Shown one piece after another: positions 14,261 through 23,204 of a stretch of 28,526 bases of DNA. Numbering within the stretch: position 1 is the first letter of the stretch; each line of letters begins with the position of its first letter. The DNA is from a virus (taxonomy: Duplodnaviria; Caudoviricetes). The notes under the pieces were generated by a model. That model was given only the letters and a program-made list of their open reading frames with translations. It had not been told where the DNA came from and did not search any database. The stretch is taken from IMG/VR virus record IMGVR_UViG_3300020042_004057, positions 1 to 28,526 of that record; one strand, written 5' to 3'. The translations under genes and the position numbers were made by a program.

Positions 14261-16893
14261 TGCGGCGATCTCACAAATTTCTTGTAGTCTCTCCACTGAG
14301 CATCGGTGAAGTCTGCAGGTCGAGCGTAAGTTTTATTACCAACTGTCACGCTGTCTGGTGCTGCTGGCTTTGGGGTGGCGACTGGGGCGGCAACCCGAGG
14401 AAGTTGTCCGGGTCTTGTTGGAGACCTAATATTCCTTAGAGCTTCTTGAAATATACTTTCTCGCAAATCTCTTTCAATGGTTGTTGGTTTGCCAGCTCTT
14501 GCATTTTTAGCATCCTGTTCTTGTGCTTGAAGTATTGCAATAGTTCCTTGTGTAGATTTTAATTTTTGATCCGCTGAAGCCTGTGCGGCCCTATTATCTA
14601 CACCCTCTTGTCCAACCGCTGCTGTATTGGCTTGTATATCTTGACCGCGAGCCTGAACTCCTACACCAGCATAACGCGGATCGTATGCTCCTTTTAGTTT
14701 TAGAAATGCATCCCTAGCCTCCGTTGAAAGAGCCGTAACACTCTTTTTGCTTCCGTTTTCTATTGCCGATGCAACGTAGTCACGAACGTATGCGGCCATA
14801 TCATTTGGCGGCTTGGCTGCAAGGGCGGCTTCTTTTGTTGCCACCAGATCAGCCGATTTTGCGGTAAGTTTTGCTAGCTCTAAGTCAATAGCTTTAATGC
14901 GATCTTCTTTCTTCTCAAACGAAGCTTGGGCAATTTTTGCAATGCCAGTAGCATCGTTGTAGCGCATATTTTCCAACTCAGCCAATTCTTTATCGCGAGT
15001 ATTAGTAAGGGAGCGGATTTCTTTCTGTTCTGACATAAACCCAGGAAATGCTTGTGCAGCGCCAACAGACAGAGGTTGTGTAATTGAACTAAGAATACCC
15101 GATTGTGGACGACCGTATTTAGAAGCTTCTGATGCCATCCCAAGACCGGTGCTAATAATGAAGTTGTTTAACGCCTCCTTCTTGCGGGCGGCCTCAGTTA
15201 GCTGAAGATCCTCGAGTTGTTTTTGACGTTTGTCACCATAGTTACCGGTGATGCCGGCAGCTCTTAATGCTTGTTGCTGCGCCTCTCTGGCGGATGCTAC
15301 CTCACCAGCCATTGTGGGTTGCGTGTATTGAGCGCGTAAACGCTCTTGTTCTTGTCTTGCCATTTTAAGCAACCCCTGAGATGACATATCAAGCGGTTCA
15401 CTTGTATCTGCTTCTGATTTTATAATTCCCAACCCAGTGGGACTTGAAACAAAATCACTATCTCCATTTGCGGCTGGAACAACGCCCGCACTTTGGAACG
15501 CAATAATCCCACCGCCATCATAATTCTCTGGGGCAAAGTTATTAATTGGCAAAGAAGTCAGCCCACCGTTGGGTTGCTCTTGCGGCATTTGGGGGGCGTC
15601 TTGCTGGACTTCCTGCGAAGGCATAGCCTGCTGGATTCCCTGCGGGGGCATGGCTTGTTGTGGCTGTTGTCCCTGCGGCATCACTTGTGGCATTTGCGGC
15701 GGCGCATCTTGCGGTTGTTGACTGCGCGACAGAATCTCTCTAGCCATGTCTTCAGCCACAGTAGTCATGCTTGGCCTTGCTATAGGCTGATGCATTTTGT
15801 TAATAGCCGGCAGCATAAACTTGGCTAAAGCCATAGCCTGATTGATTGGCGGGAGTTTTGACTTAGCCGCTATTTCTGTTTCGGGATCTGTTAATAAAGA
15901 AGTAATCCCGCCGCTTTCAAAATGACGAACCGAGCCGCCATGTTTATAGCCCTGGATGATGCCGCCCTCTTTCTTAAACGCATTGTTTAACCCATATCCA
16001 GCCAAACCAAGGCCGGCAATTTGTCCAAACATACTCGGGGCTACTTGGGACTCTTGTTTCGTGGTAACTCCACCTGTCGGCGTCCCGCGTATGATGTCTG
16101 ACATAAATCCAAGTTGTTGATACGGGTAATTCTGCCGGTTCAAAAACTCTTGATATTGATTAGACAGTCCTTGTTGATTGAAAGCCTGTTGCTGTGCGCC
16201 GGCTTGTAATTGTGCGGCATTAATACCAGACTGCTGTTGATATTGGTTCTGACCCAACTGACCAAGTGTGCTGGCCCCTTGCAACGCTTGGTTGTAGCCT
16301 TGCAGCCCTAAACTAGAACCAAACTGTTGGGCTTGCTGGGCGTTCTGAAATGCGTTCTGACTACCGGTGGCTTGGATACCGGCAAGCTGGTTCTGGAGGT
16401 TACGTTGCCCTTCACCTTCTACGATGGCCTGACGGCTCCCACCAAACGCACCTTTGTTAGATGCTGCCGCCCCCATACCAGGAAGCTGGCGTCCGTAGTC
16501 CATCACGGCTTGTTGTTTCTGGTAGTCAGTGACGTTCTGTTGATAGGGCGACATGAATGCTTGTATGGCACCGGGGTCGGTTGCCATCCGGTTGTAGTTC
16601 TGACCAGCACCCAAACTACCCAGCCCTGCCGCACCCGCAAGTCCTGTTGCTTGTTGAGTCTGCGGAGATACTTGCATGCCACCGATGGTGTTAAACGCCT
16701 GCTGCTGCATCGGCGCGAAGTCAGCTACGCGCTGCCCCCCATACTGCTGATAGGGGTTCTGGTTAATATCCGTCAGCGCACCAGCTTGACCAAAAAGCTT
16801 TTCAACATACGGTTGTGCATATGCTGGGAGATTTGTATTAGTGACAGTCGAACTTGTCGGCTGTTGCTGCTGTTGTCCGCCGCCTTTACCCAT
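14257..16893 (-). CDS. internal virion / DNA-ejection-like protein (Q/G/A-rich, 878 aa)
   Basis: AGGAG SD. The N-terminal third is Q/A/G-rich (GAFGGSR motif, NYPYQQLGFMSDIIRG), followed by a P/Q/M linker and a coiled-coil C-terminus. It lies directly upstream of the giant protein. Confidence 0.75.
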   Translation of the reverse strand: MGKGGGQQQQQPTSSTVTNTNLPAYAQPYVEKLFGQAGALTDINQNPYQQYGGQRVADFAPMQQQAFNTIGGMQVSPQTQQATGLAGAAGLGSLGAGQNYNRMATDPGAIQAFMSPYQQNVTDYQKQQAVMDYGRQLPGMGAAASNKGAFGGSRQAIVEGEGQRNLQNQLAGIQATGSQNAFQNAQQAQQFGSSLGLQGYNQALQGASTLGQLGQNQYQQQSGINAAQLQAGAQQQAFNQQGLSNQYQEFLNRQNYPYQQLGFMSDIIRGTPTGGVTTKQESQVAPSMFGQIAGLGLAGYGLNNAFKKEGGIIQGYKHGGSVRHFESGGITSLLTDPETEIAAKSKLPPINQAMALAKFMLPAINKMHQPIARPSMTTVAEDMAREILSRSQQPQDAPPQMPQVMPQGQQPQQAMPPQGIQQAMPSQEVQQDAPQMPQEQPNGGLTSLPINNFAPENYDGGGIIAFQSAGVVPAANGDSDFVSSPTGLGIIKSEADTSEPLDMSSQGLLKMARQEQERLRAQYTQPTMAGEVASAREAQQQALRAAGITGNYGDKRQKQLEDLQLTEAARKKEALNNFIISTGLGMASEASKYGRPQSGILSSITQPLSVGAAQAFPGFMSEQKEIRSLTNTRDKELAELENMRYNDATGIAKIAQASFEKKEDRIKAIDLELAKLTAKSADLVATKEAALAAKPPNDMAAYVRDYVASAIENGSKKSVTALSTEARDAFLKLKGAYDPRYAGVGVQARGQDIQANTAAVGQEGVDNRAAQASADQKLKSTQGTIAILQAQEQDAKNARAGKPTTIERDLRESIFQEALRNIRSPTRPGQLPRVAAPVATPKPAAPDSVTVGNKTYARPADFTDAQWRDYKKFVRSPQ

Positions 16894-16894
16894 A

Positions 16895-17329
16895 CTATTC
16901 TCCTAATCCCGCTTCGGCAGCGGGAAGTTCAAATGTCTGCCACAACGGTTTATGTCCGTCAGTTTTAAATATTTTTGCCCAACCCAAACGGGCTGTTGCT
17001 TCAATTCCGTCACACTTACTATCAAAAGCCCATGCCTGTAACATCCTTAGCATTGGGGTTTTCCATTCATCTAGATCAACCCCGCCACAAAATGTCATAC
17101 ATAGAAACTTTCTTCTGGGGTAGTTTATATAGTTAGTTACAACTGCACCTTTGATATTAGCCCCATCAAATGCAATCCAAAGCAAATGCTCGTAATCAGT
17201 TATAGCTGTCAGTATGTCGTCAACTTGGTATCTGCCGTGCGTATAGTCCGCTGCACCTTCCAGATACTTTTCAACTTGAGGCCATATTTGGTTAACCATC
17301 GTAGGCGGCACCAAACTAATTTGTATCAT
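16895..17329 (-). CDS. putative GNAT-fold virion morphogenesis protein
   Basis: W..V..YL..A...GRY...LWIAF...GAVVT...YPRRK.L...FCGG..L.EW...WA....CDGIE...R.GW matches a phage family found among internal-virion genes. The fold assignment is an inference. Confidence 0.6.
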   Translation of the reverse strand: MIQISLVPPTMVNQIWPQVEKYLEGAADYTHGRYQVDDILTAITDYEHLLWIAFDGANIKGAVVTNYINYPRRKFLCMTFCGGVDLDEWKTPMLRMLQAWAFDSKCDGIEATARLGWAKIFKTDGHKPLWQTFELPAAEAGLGE

Positions 17330-18993
17330 GCGGGCATGAAGTTAGCGGGGTTGATCTGCCTACCCTGCTTCTTGGTGCCTGTTCTTGCGTGACGAATCTT
17401 GTCCATCATGGCATAAAGCCTCTTGGCTCCAGCATCCGTCGAACCGTTGCCCAAGTGCGAAACTACGTCAGCAGGTATAACAAACTCACCCTGCGCCAGT
17501 GCCGCCCGTTGGGGTCTGGCACCCTTGATTACCGCAGGGATGGAGTCCGACATGCCGTCTCCCGGCCCTTGGAGCAGTTTACCACCCGCAGCGTATTCGT
17601 TGGGCAGAGAGGCGATACCACCAGCAGCCATTTTTGGAGCGTAGGATTGACCGGTAGGGTCAAAGGAATACTGCGCGGGGGTGCTAGAAACGGCACTCAT
17701 TCCTTGACCGGAATACGTTTGATTTGCTGGATTGTAAGAGTAATTATCCGGCCCTCTTAACTTCGTTACCATTTCTGGGTTCTGGGACAATAATTGGTCA
17801 AACACACTGGGGCCGCCGGAATTGATGTCTCCGCTCATGCCACCTTTTAAAAAATCATACCAATGATGTTCTCCTGCGCTACTAGGGGGCGGGCCTCCCG
17901 CCGTAGCCGTAGCTGAAGTTGAACCGCCGATACCAAACCCCATAATCCCGCCCTGCGCCGCTTGCATGGTCGGTTGATCCATATAGGACGTATTGGAAGC
18001 GTTAGCCCGGTCATAAAGCTCTGTAGTGGCAGCGGCTTGGACGATAGAATCCGTCCCACTTTGTGAAAGCTTGGACAGCATAGTCGGAGACATCTTGTCT
18101 AGCTGCGCTTTTAATCCGGCGTATTTATCGACGTTCTTATACATTTTTTTGCCGGACTCGCCAATCGGCCCCGCGTTAGAGCCGTAGATGTTAGTGCGAA
18201 TATTCTCGCTTTGCGGGATGTAGACTCCATCAGCAAAGCTTGGAACTTCACCCCCCTCTGCCCCTTTATAGGTATACGACATAGGCGCAGCAGCAATATA
18301 TCTCTGAGTTTTTGGGTCGAAAGTATACTGAGGTGAATAACCCGTTTTGTCTTGAAGCCCTGCAACGGGTGGAGGTTGCTTAAGCATACTTGCAATCCCA
18401 GTAACCGCACCGGCCACCGTAGATGGGTTCTGCACCATGTAGTTAGCGGGGTTCTTCATAAAAGTTGCTTTAGGCGGAGTTAGCCCAGATGTTTGTTGAT
18501 AGAGCTTATCGTAGTAATCCGGCTTGGTGGCAAGAGGGGAATCTCCGTAAGAGGCGTTATTTATATCTGCAATATTTGAAGAATTAACAGGAAGCGGAAG
18601 AGGTTCGGCAGGGGTAAGTATAGGGTTCTCAAACGTGCCAAACCGGTCAGTTATACTCTTACTGCCCGCATCTATTGCTTCTTGGCTTGGCATAGTCACT
18701 GCATTTTCTGCAAAATTCTTAGTAGCCGCATCTAGCCCAGGCTGCGCCGCTTCTGCCGTCAGTGTTTCTAATGTTTTACCACCCATAGCACTACCAAGAC
18801 CACTCACTATCCCAGCGCCCGCTCCACCTATCAGCAGGTTCTGACCGAAGTTATCAAATACATTATTTCCTTTGATAACATTACCAATTGCACCGGTAGT
18901 AGCGCCCATCATTGCCCCACCAAGCATCGTTGTACCGATACCTATCGCACCTGTAGTTCCCAACATCGTTCCAGCCAAGGCAATGAAAGACAT
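17326..18993 (-). CDS. internal virion protein (555 aa) with Gly-rich hydrophobic N-terminus and C-terminal GPGDGxSDSIPA domain
   Basis: The N-terminus is a GxxxG-rich hydrophobic segment. The C-terminus reads YAAGGKLLQGPGDGMSDSIPA...LAQGEFVIPADVVSHLGNGSTDAGAKRLY. Confidence 0.75.
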   Translation of the reverse strand: MSFIALAGTMLGTTGAIGIGTTMLGGAMMGATTGAIGNVIKGNNVFDNFGQNLLIGGAGAGIVSGLGSAMGGKTLETLTAEAAQPGLDAATKNFAENAVTMPSQEAIDAGSKSITDRFGTFENPILTPAEPLPLPVNSSNIADINNASYGDSPLATKPDYYDKLYQQTSGLTPPKATFMKNPANYMVQNPSTVAGAVTGIASMLKQPPPVAGLQDKTGYSPQYTFDPKTQRYIAAAPMSYTYKGAEGGEVPSFADGVYIPQSENIRTNIYGSNAGPIGESGKKMYKNVDKYAGLKAQLDKMSPTMLSKLSQSGTDSIVQAAATTELYDRANASNTSYMDQPTMQAAQGGIMGFGIGGSTSATATAGGPPPSSAGEHHWYDFLKGGMSGDINSGGPSVFDQLLSQNPEMVTKLRGPDNYSYNPANQTYSGQGMSAVSSTPAQYSFDPTGQSYAPKMAAGGIASLPNEYAAGGKLLQGPGDGMSDSIPAVIKGARPQRAALAQGEFVIPADVVSHLGNGSTDAGAKRLYAMMDKIRHARTGTKKQGRQINPANFMPA

Positions 18994-18994
18994 A

Positions 18995-19402
18995 CTATTT
19001 CCCCTCTTCTAACAACGGCTGGGAGTTATCCACCAGCATGTTTTCAAGCTTCTCTATGTCGGTTTCATCTGTTGAAAAGATGTTCTGGAACCGCACAGTC
19101 TCTAAAATGTAAGCCGTCTTCCGGCCTTTCTTTGCCATAAACACTGAAGGTGCAGCCACTTCCATCTGCTCCCCGTCTTCGTTTACGACAATCATGCGCC
19201 CCGTGATCATGTTGCACATATGCTCAGTCTTATGTGGCTTACCAACAACTACCGTCCCTGCTGGCATTACGACTTCGCGGATGTAGATATTGGGGCCAAA
19301 GTGGTGGGTAACGGGGCAATCAACCTGCGGAAGCTGAAGCACTTCCCGCATAAGAGTATTGATCTTATCCGTTGCCTTACCAACTTGGGCTACCTGCGTC
19401 AT
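18995..19402 (-). CDS. cupin-fold protein
   Basis: HHFGPNIYIREVVMPAGTVVVGKPHKTEH...ITGRMIV...APSVF...GRK has the cupin beta-barrel pattern with His residues. Confidence 0.65.
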   Translation of the reverse strand: MTQVAQVGKATDKINTLMREVLQLPQVDCPVTHHFGPNIYIREVVMPAGTVVVGKPHKTEHMCNMITGRMIVVNEDGEQMEVAAPSVFMAKKGRKTAYILETVRFQNIFSTDETDIEKLENMLVDNSQPLLEEGK

Positions 19403-19857
19403 AGCGTAGCCATAACCTTATACTCAGGTTGATCGGATTGCTGCGCTGCAACACCGATAGATTGCAGAGATTGCATGATCGTCGGGTCTATCTTGTTCAT
19501 ATAAATAGCTTGAACACCAGACTGCTTCAACCCGCCCAGAAGCTGTTTAGCTGCCTCTGTAAAGGCTGGCGGCGGGTCTATGGAGAAGAAGTAAACTTGC
19601 GCCGAAGACGGGGGTAGTGGTTTAAACCCCATTATGGTGTTGCCTGACCGTTTAAACTGCACACCGGACTGCACGGCTGCTTGTAGGAGCTTAAGTGACT
19701 GCTGGGGCGGGATGTTAGCTTGGCGGAAATAGGCGTTAATAATGTCTATCTCACGGGTTTCTTCCTGCCGAGATGCGCCAACCATAGCGGGGCGCAAAAA
19801 CTCCATATCTCCTGCACCCAAAGAAGCAATGCCTTGCTGGGGTTGAGCTATTGCCAT
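19399..19857 (-). CDS. hypothetical protein
   Basis: 152 aa, AAGGA SD, ATGA coupling to the next gene. Confidence 0.75.
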   Translation of the reverse strand: MAIAQPQQGIASLGAGDMEFLRPAMVGASRQEETREIDIINAYFRQANIPPQQSLKLLQAAVQSGVQFKRSGNTIMGFKPLPPSSAQVYFFSIDPPPAFTEAAKQLLGGLKQSGVQAIYMNKIDPTIMQSLQSIGVAAQQSDQPEYKVMATL

Positions 19858-19865
19858 ATCGTTCC

Positions 19866-20204
19866 TTATGTAGCTTCGCCGCCGCTGGCGGTTATGGTTA
19901 GACCTGTGGTCGTGCTTTTAACGCTGATGAACGTCCCAGCAACTAATACCTGTAACCCGCGCCACGACAGAGTGGTATTTGCAGCAATGGTATACCCCGA
20001 ATACAAAGCGTTTGCTGTCCCTGCTGTCCCAGCCGAAGCAACCAGAGAGATGAATATTGTCAGCGAACCCGCTGTAGTGTTAGAAACATCTATGCTTTTC
20101 AATAACGTGCGCGTAAGTGCTGGGGTAGTATATAGCGTAACAAAAGAGCCGGTAACTGCGGTTGCCGGTATAAGCACATTTGCCGTTATATTCTGAAAAG
20201 CCAT
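19866..20204 (-). CDS. small beta-rich virion structural protein
   Basis: TLYTTPA...LKSIDVSNTT...TLSWRG.QVL.AG...ITASGGE is T/A/S-rich and lies in the tail module. Confidence 0.7.
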   Translation of the reverse strand: MAFQNITANVLIPATAVTGSFVTLYTTPALTRTLLKSIDVSNTTAGSLTIFISLVASAGTAGTANALYSGYTIAANTTLSWRGLQVLVAGTFISVKSTTTGLTITASGGEAT

Positions 20205-20389
20205 CAGTCATCCCCCATCCATTGCAAGGTAGTTAACCCATTGATTGCTTGTATAATTTCAGTATTGTTGCTGCTTTGCTGATTAAAGTACAACCGTAGC
20301 GCATTCAAGAGTTGATCTTGATACCGCTGGTTATATTCCTGCGGCCCTACTGGAAGGTTTGGAGCTACGGCGGGGAATATGTTTTCCAC
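20204..20389 (-). CDS. small tail-associated protein
   Basis: APNLPVGPQEYNQRYQDQLLNALRLYFNQ, coupled on both sides (TAGTG, TGATG). Confidence 0.7.
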   Translation of the reverse strand: MENIFPAVAPNLPVGPQEYNQRYQDQLLNALRLYFNQQSSNNTEIIQAINGLTTLQWMGDD

Positions 20390-22821
20390 TACCTTCTCCC
20401 GTCAGGCCGAACGTCCAAACGGGTAGCACCCAACTGCCACGCCACACCAATCTCCGTAGATTCAATCTTAAACGCCATCTGCCGCCCACGTATGCGCGTG
20501 TAAACTTGACCAGTGAAAAGCTGAACAACGTAGTTCTGGGTTAATGCGTAGTTGTTACCGCTGGTTACCGCAGGAGAGTTACCAACGCCGTAGTTCGTGC
20601 CTGAGTTCTGACGCGGACGCACAGACAAATTTACCTTGGGCGCAGCCACCGTGGAGCCGTCAAACGTAAGGTCAGGCAGCATCCGCGATACCAAACCAAA
20701 GTTATGCCCATCCCCGATATCAAAGTCGGAAGTCTGGACGTAAGCGTTAATAGCCGCAGGAGCCACACCAGAGTAATCGTCTGTGCCGTTTTCGTGGAAC
20801 ATGACTTGGTTCGGCGTCAGGAAAGTTACTGCTGAGTATTGAACGTGAGTAGCGGCAGTCGTGGGCGACCCAGTAACCGGGTTAACCGCCCCGCGAGTAC
20901 ACCCCGTCAACGTATTACCGTCAGCACTGTCGTGTGCGGTATAGCTTATATACTCAGAGTCAATAACCAACGTGCCTGAGTTGGGATAGGAATACCCGTT
21001 AATCAGAGTCAATGATGTAGCTGTTGCTGAAGTTATAGCTACTGCCAAGAACGAATTCTGCACACTCTGTGCGCCCATCGGATACTGACGAAGCGGTGAA
21101 TCCAGCCATGCTGTGCGGTTTATCGTGCCGTAATACCAAATCTTCTCCATATGATTGTAGATTACATACCGATTATTTACTGGGCTATCGGTAGATGGAT
21201 AGAACCACCATACTTCGCTGTATTTCTCATTAGTGCCAGAAACTATTTGATATTTTTGATCTAGGTTTATGTCATTGAAGACATACTGTTGCAAGGTGCA
21301 GTTAAGCGTATCAACACGACCCGTGTAAACATAGAATTTATCCACACCCATCCAGAACGTCTGGTTATTCACAGAAGCTATAGCGTTAGGCGATATGATG
21401 GAAGTGTTGTCCATCAGCAGGTTGAAGCCCCAAACATAGGGTGGCCCCAGATACTGCATGGTAAACAGCGCCGCATCAGTCCAAATCAGCACCTCTTGCT
21501 TTGCCGTTCTTGCGGTGACAATCGTAGAGCCACCGGCAAGCTTGTATTCACCAGATTGGTTGGTTGCAGCCGGAACCCATGTGTATGCATCTTCTTGGTC
21601 AGACCACCGGACAATCATCGGGTCAAACGTCGTAGCTGAGTTACCGGGGACGTAGGGGTTTGAGCCAAACGCTATGACAAACCGTTGAACATCTGAGGCT
21701 ATGATGGCAAGCGTAGTTGTTGGGGTATATGGGCCGTTTGTTGCGTTAGCGGTAGTAGCCAAACTTGTCAGCGTCACCGCCCGTGCGTATGCGGAAGTAT
21801 CTACTTCCCAGTAGTAAATAGCCCCGCCACGGGGAGCTAAGATTAAGTCTTCGCCAAAGGTATCCGCAGACCACAACCGAAGCTGAGTGCCGATAGAGTT
21901 AGCCGTAGCAGAAGCATCTCCCCACCCATAGGCTGAGTCCCCAGAAGTTTCGCTATCGTATTGCTGCACAGTAACCCCAGCCAAGTGGATGGTTGCCATG
22001 CTCTCATCGGTAGCCCTAGTGCAGCCGGTAAACGTGATACCCCCGGAGAGGCCGGTGTAGGTAATAATTTCAGACTCAATAACTATGGTGCCAGTGCCGG
22101 TAAACGATGTAGTTGAAGCTACGCTGATAGAAGTTGCAGCCGCCGAAATAGTTGAAGACAGGGTAGAACTACCCGTTCCAAAGATAACCGCGTTCCACGG
22201 GCCAGCACCCCAGCCGTTACCAGTGGAGTAGGTGGCGTTACCAGCCGGTATTTGAAAGTTTGCAATAACAGAAGCACCGCCAGTGGTAGCGTTTGTAGAT
22301 GTAGCAGCAGTTGGGCTAATGATGGTAAACGTGCCGCCTGTTGGTGTTGAGATAATTTCAAACTCACCGTTGAGCGTCAAACCACCACCCGCTACTGCTC
22401 CTGAGAACGTGACCCAAGAGCCGGGAGATACACCGTGCGCTGAGATAGTAACCAAAACAAGCTTAGAGCCATTGGTAGTAGCAAACGGGCCAGACCCACC
22501 AACGGTTACTGGAGAGGCAGCGGTCAGCGGAGTAACGTCGTGATACAACCCGCCGTTCTCAACGTAATACTTCTGGTTGGTTCCAATCGCGTTCAGGTTA
22601 CTGTAGTTCAGCGTAACCCAGTTGGTCATGTTCCTGTTTACACCATTGTAGGTATTAACTACCCCACCAGTTGATGTAGCCAAGTTAGTCCAGCCGCCGA
22701 TCTTCTCAGGATAGCCGGAACGGAACCTGATCTTTTCAGATTCAAAAAACCCACCCTCATTGGCATAAGTGGTGGATTCCCGGTTGATGCCCGGTTTTAA
22801 TACAAGTTTTTGTAGTGGCAT
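20389..22821 (-). CDS. tail hub / head-stabilisation protein (P22 gp10 / T7 gp12-like position) with inserted beta-modules
   Basis: KPGINRE.T.Y..EG...IRFR.GYPEKIGGW, then RLWS..TFGEDL, DPMIVRWSDQE, GPPY.WGF, EVWWFYPS and a C-terminal R.RGRQ...WQLG..R.D.RPDGRR. This is a propeller-type podovirus tail protein pattern. Confidence 0.75.
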   Translation of the reverse strand: MPLQKLVLKPGINRESTTYANEGGFFESEKIRFRSGYPEKIGGWTNLATSTGGVVNTYNGVNRNMTNWVTLNYSNLNAIGTNQKYYVENGGLYHDVTPLTAASPVTVGGSGPFATTNGSKLVLVTISAHGVSPGSWVTFSGAVAGGGLTLNGEFEIISTPTGGTFTIISPTAATSTNATTGGASVIANFQIPAGNATYSTGNGWGAGPWNAVIFGTGSSTLSSTISAAATSISVASTTSFTGTGTIVIESEIITYTGLSGGITFTGCTRATDESMATIHLAGVTVQQYDSETSGDSAYGWGDASATANSIGTQLRLWSADTFGEDLILAPRGGAIYYWEVDTSAYARAVTLTSLATTANATNGPYTPTTTLAIIASDVQRFVIAFGSNPYVPGNSATTFDPMIVRWSDQEDAYTWVPAATNQSGEYKLAGGSTIVTARTAKQEVLIWTDAALFTMQYLGPPYVWGFNLLMDNTSIISPNAIASVNNQTFWMGVDKFYVYTGRVDTLNCTLQQYVFNDINLDQKYQIVSGTNEKYSEVWWFYPSTDSPVNNRYVIYNHMEKIWYYGTINRTAWLDSPLRQYPMGAQSVQNSFLAVAITSATATSLTLINGYSYPNSGTLVIDSEYISYTAHDSADGNTLTGCTRGAVNPVTGSPTTAATHVQYSAVTFLTPNQVMFHENGTDDYSGVAPAAINAYVQTSDFDIGDGHNFGLVSRMLPDLTFDGSTVAAPKVNLSVRPRQNSGTNYGVGNSPAVTSGNNYALTQNYVVQLFTGQVYTRIRGRQMAFKIESTEIGVAWQLGATRLDVRPDGRR

Positions 22822-23204
22822 TATGGTATGAAAAACCTATGTCCAGAACGCGGTGGAACACACTGGATATGGCACCAAGTCGGCGTAGCCACATCATCCT
22901 CTAGCCAAAGACCTATGCCCTCTAGTATCTGGACATTGTTGCGACAGAACTTATCCAACTCTCCGTCGTTGTCTTCAATGTCTACTGCGTGACCCGTCTT
23001 GTGCTTTGAATGCGGAGCGCCGCCAACACGGTGGTTTACAGACGATGGACGCCAGCCTGACCGTAGCCCACGGTCTTCTCCAAAAGCCGACATTAGCTGG
23101 TTAGCCTTCTCACAGATAATAGCAGCATTCGTCTTGATATCTTCGGTCAACTCCATTTCATGACCTTGCAGATGCTGACCTAGATACTGGGCTACGGTAA
23201 TCAT
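22821..23204 (-). CDS. endolysin, peptidase M15 family
   Basis: SGWRP..VN..VGGAPHSKHKTGHAVDI...WCHI gives the Hx6D...H zinc ligands. It is adjacent to a holin. Confidence 0.85.
   Translation of the reverse strand: MITVAQYLGQHLQGHEMELTEDIKTNAAIICEKANQLMSAFGEDRGLRSGWRPSSVNHRVGGAPHSKHKTGHAVDIEDNDGELDKFCRNNVQILEGIGLWLEDDVATPTWCHIQCVPPRSGHRFFIP

Noticed and set aside
14261-14296. Track start of the giant ORF at 14296 (likewise 1824, 3218, 24701, 25958, 27504)
   Set aside because: Downstream starts give stop/start coupling and/or SD sites and avoid long overlaps with upstream genes.
4356-14309. Many + strand ORFs (e.g. 5507-6016, 8496-9026, 12120-12827) opposite the giant gene
   Set aside because: These are antisense shadows of a long coding frame, with S/A/L-rich unnatural composition and no recognisable motifs.
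20200-20210. Programmed frameshift fusing the 61-aa and 112-aa ORFs
   Set aside because: The junction is an ordinary TGATG coupling with an upstream GGGGGA SD-like sequence, and no clear slippery heptamer was seen.
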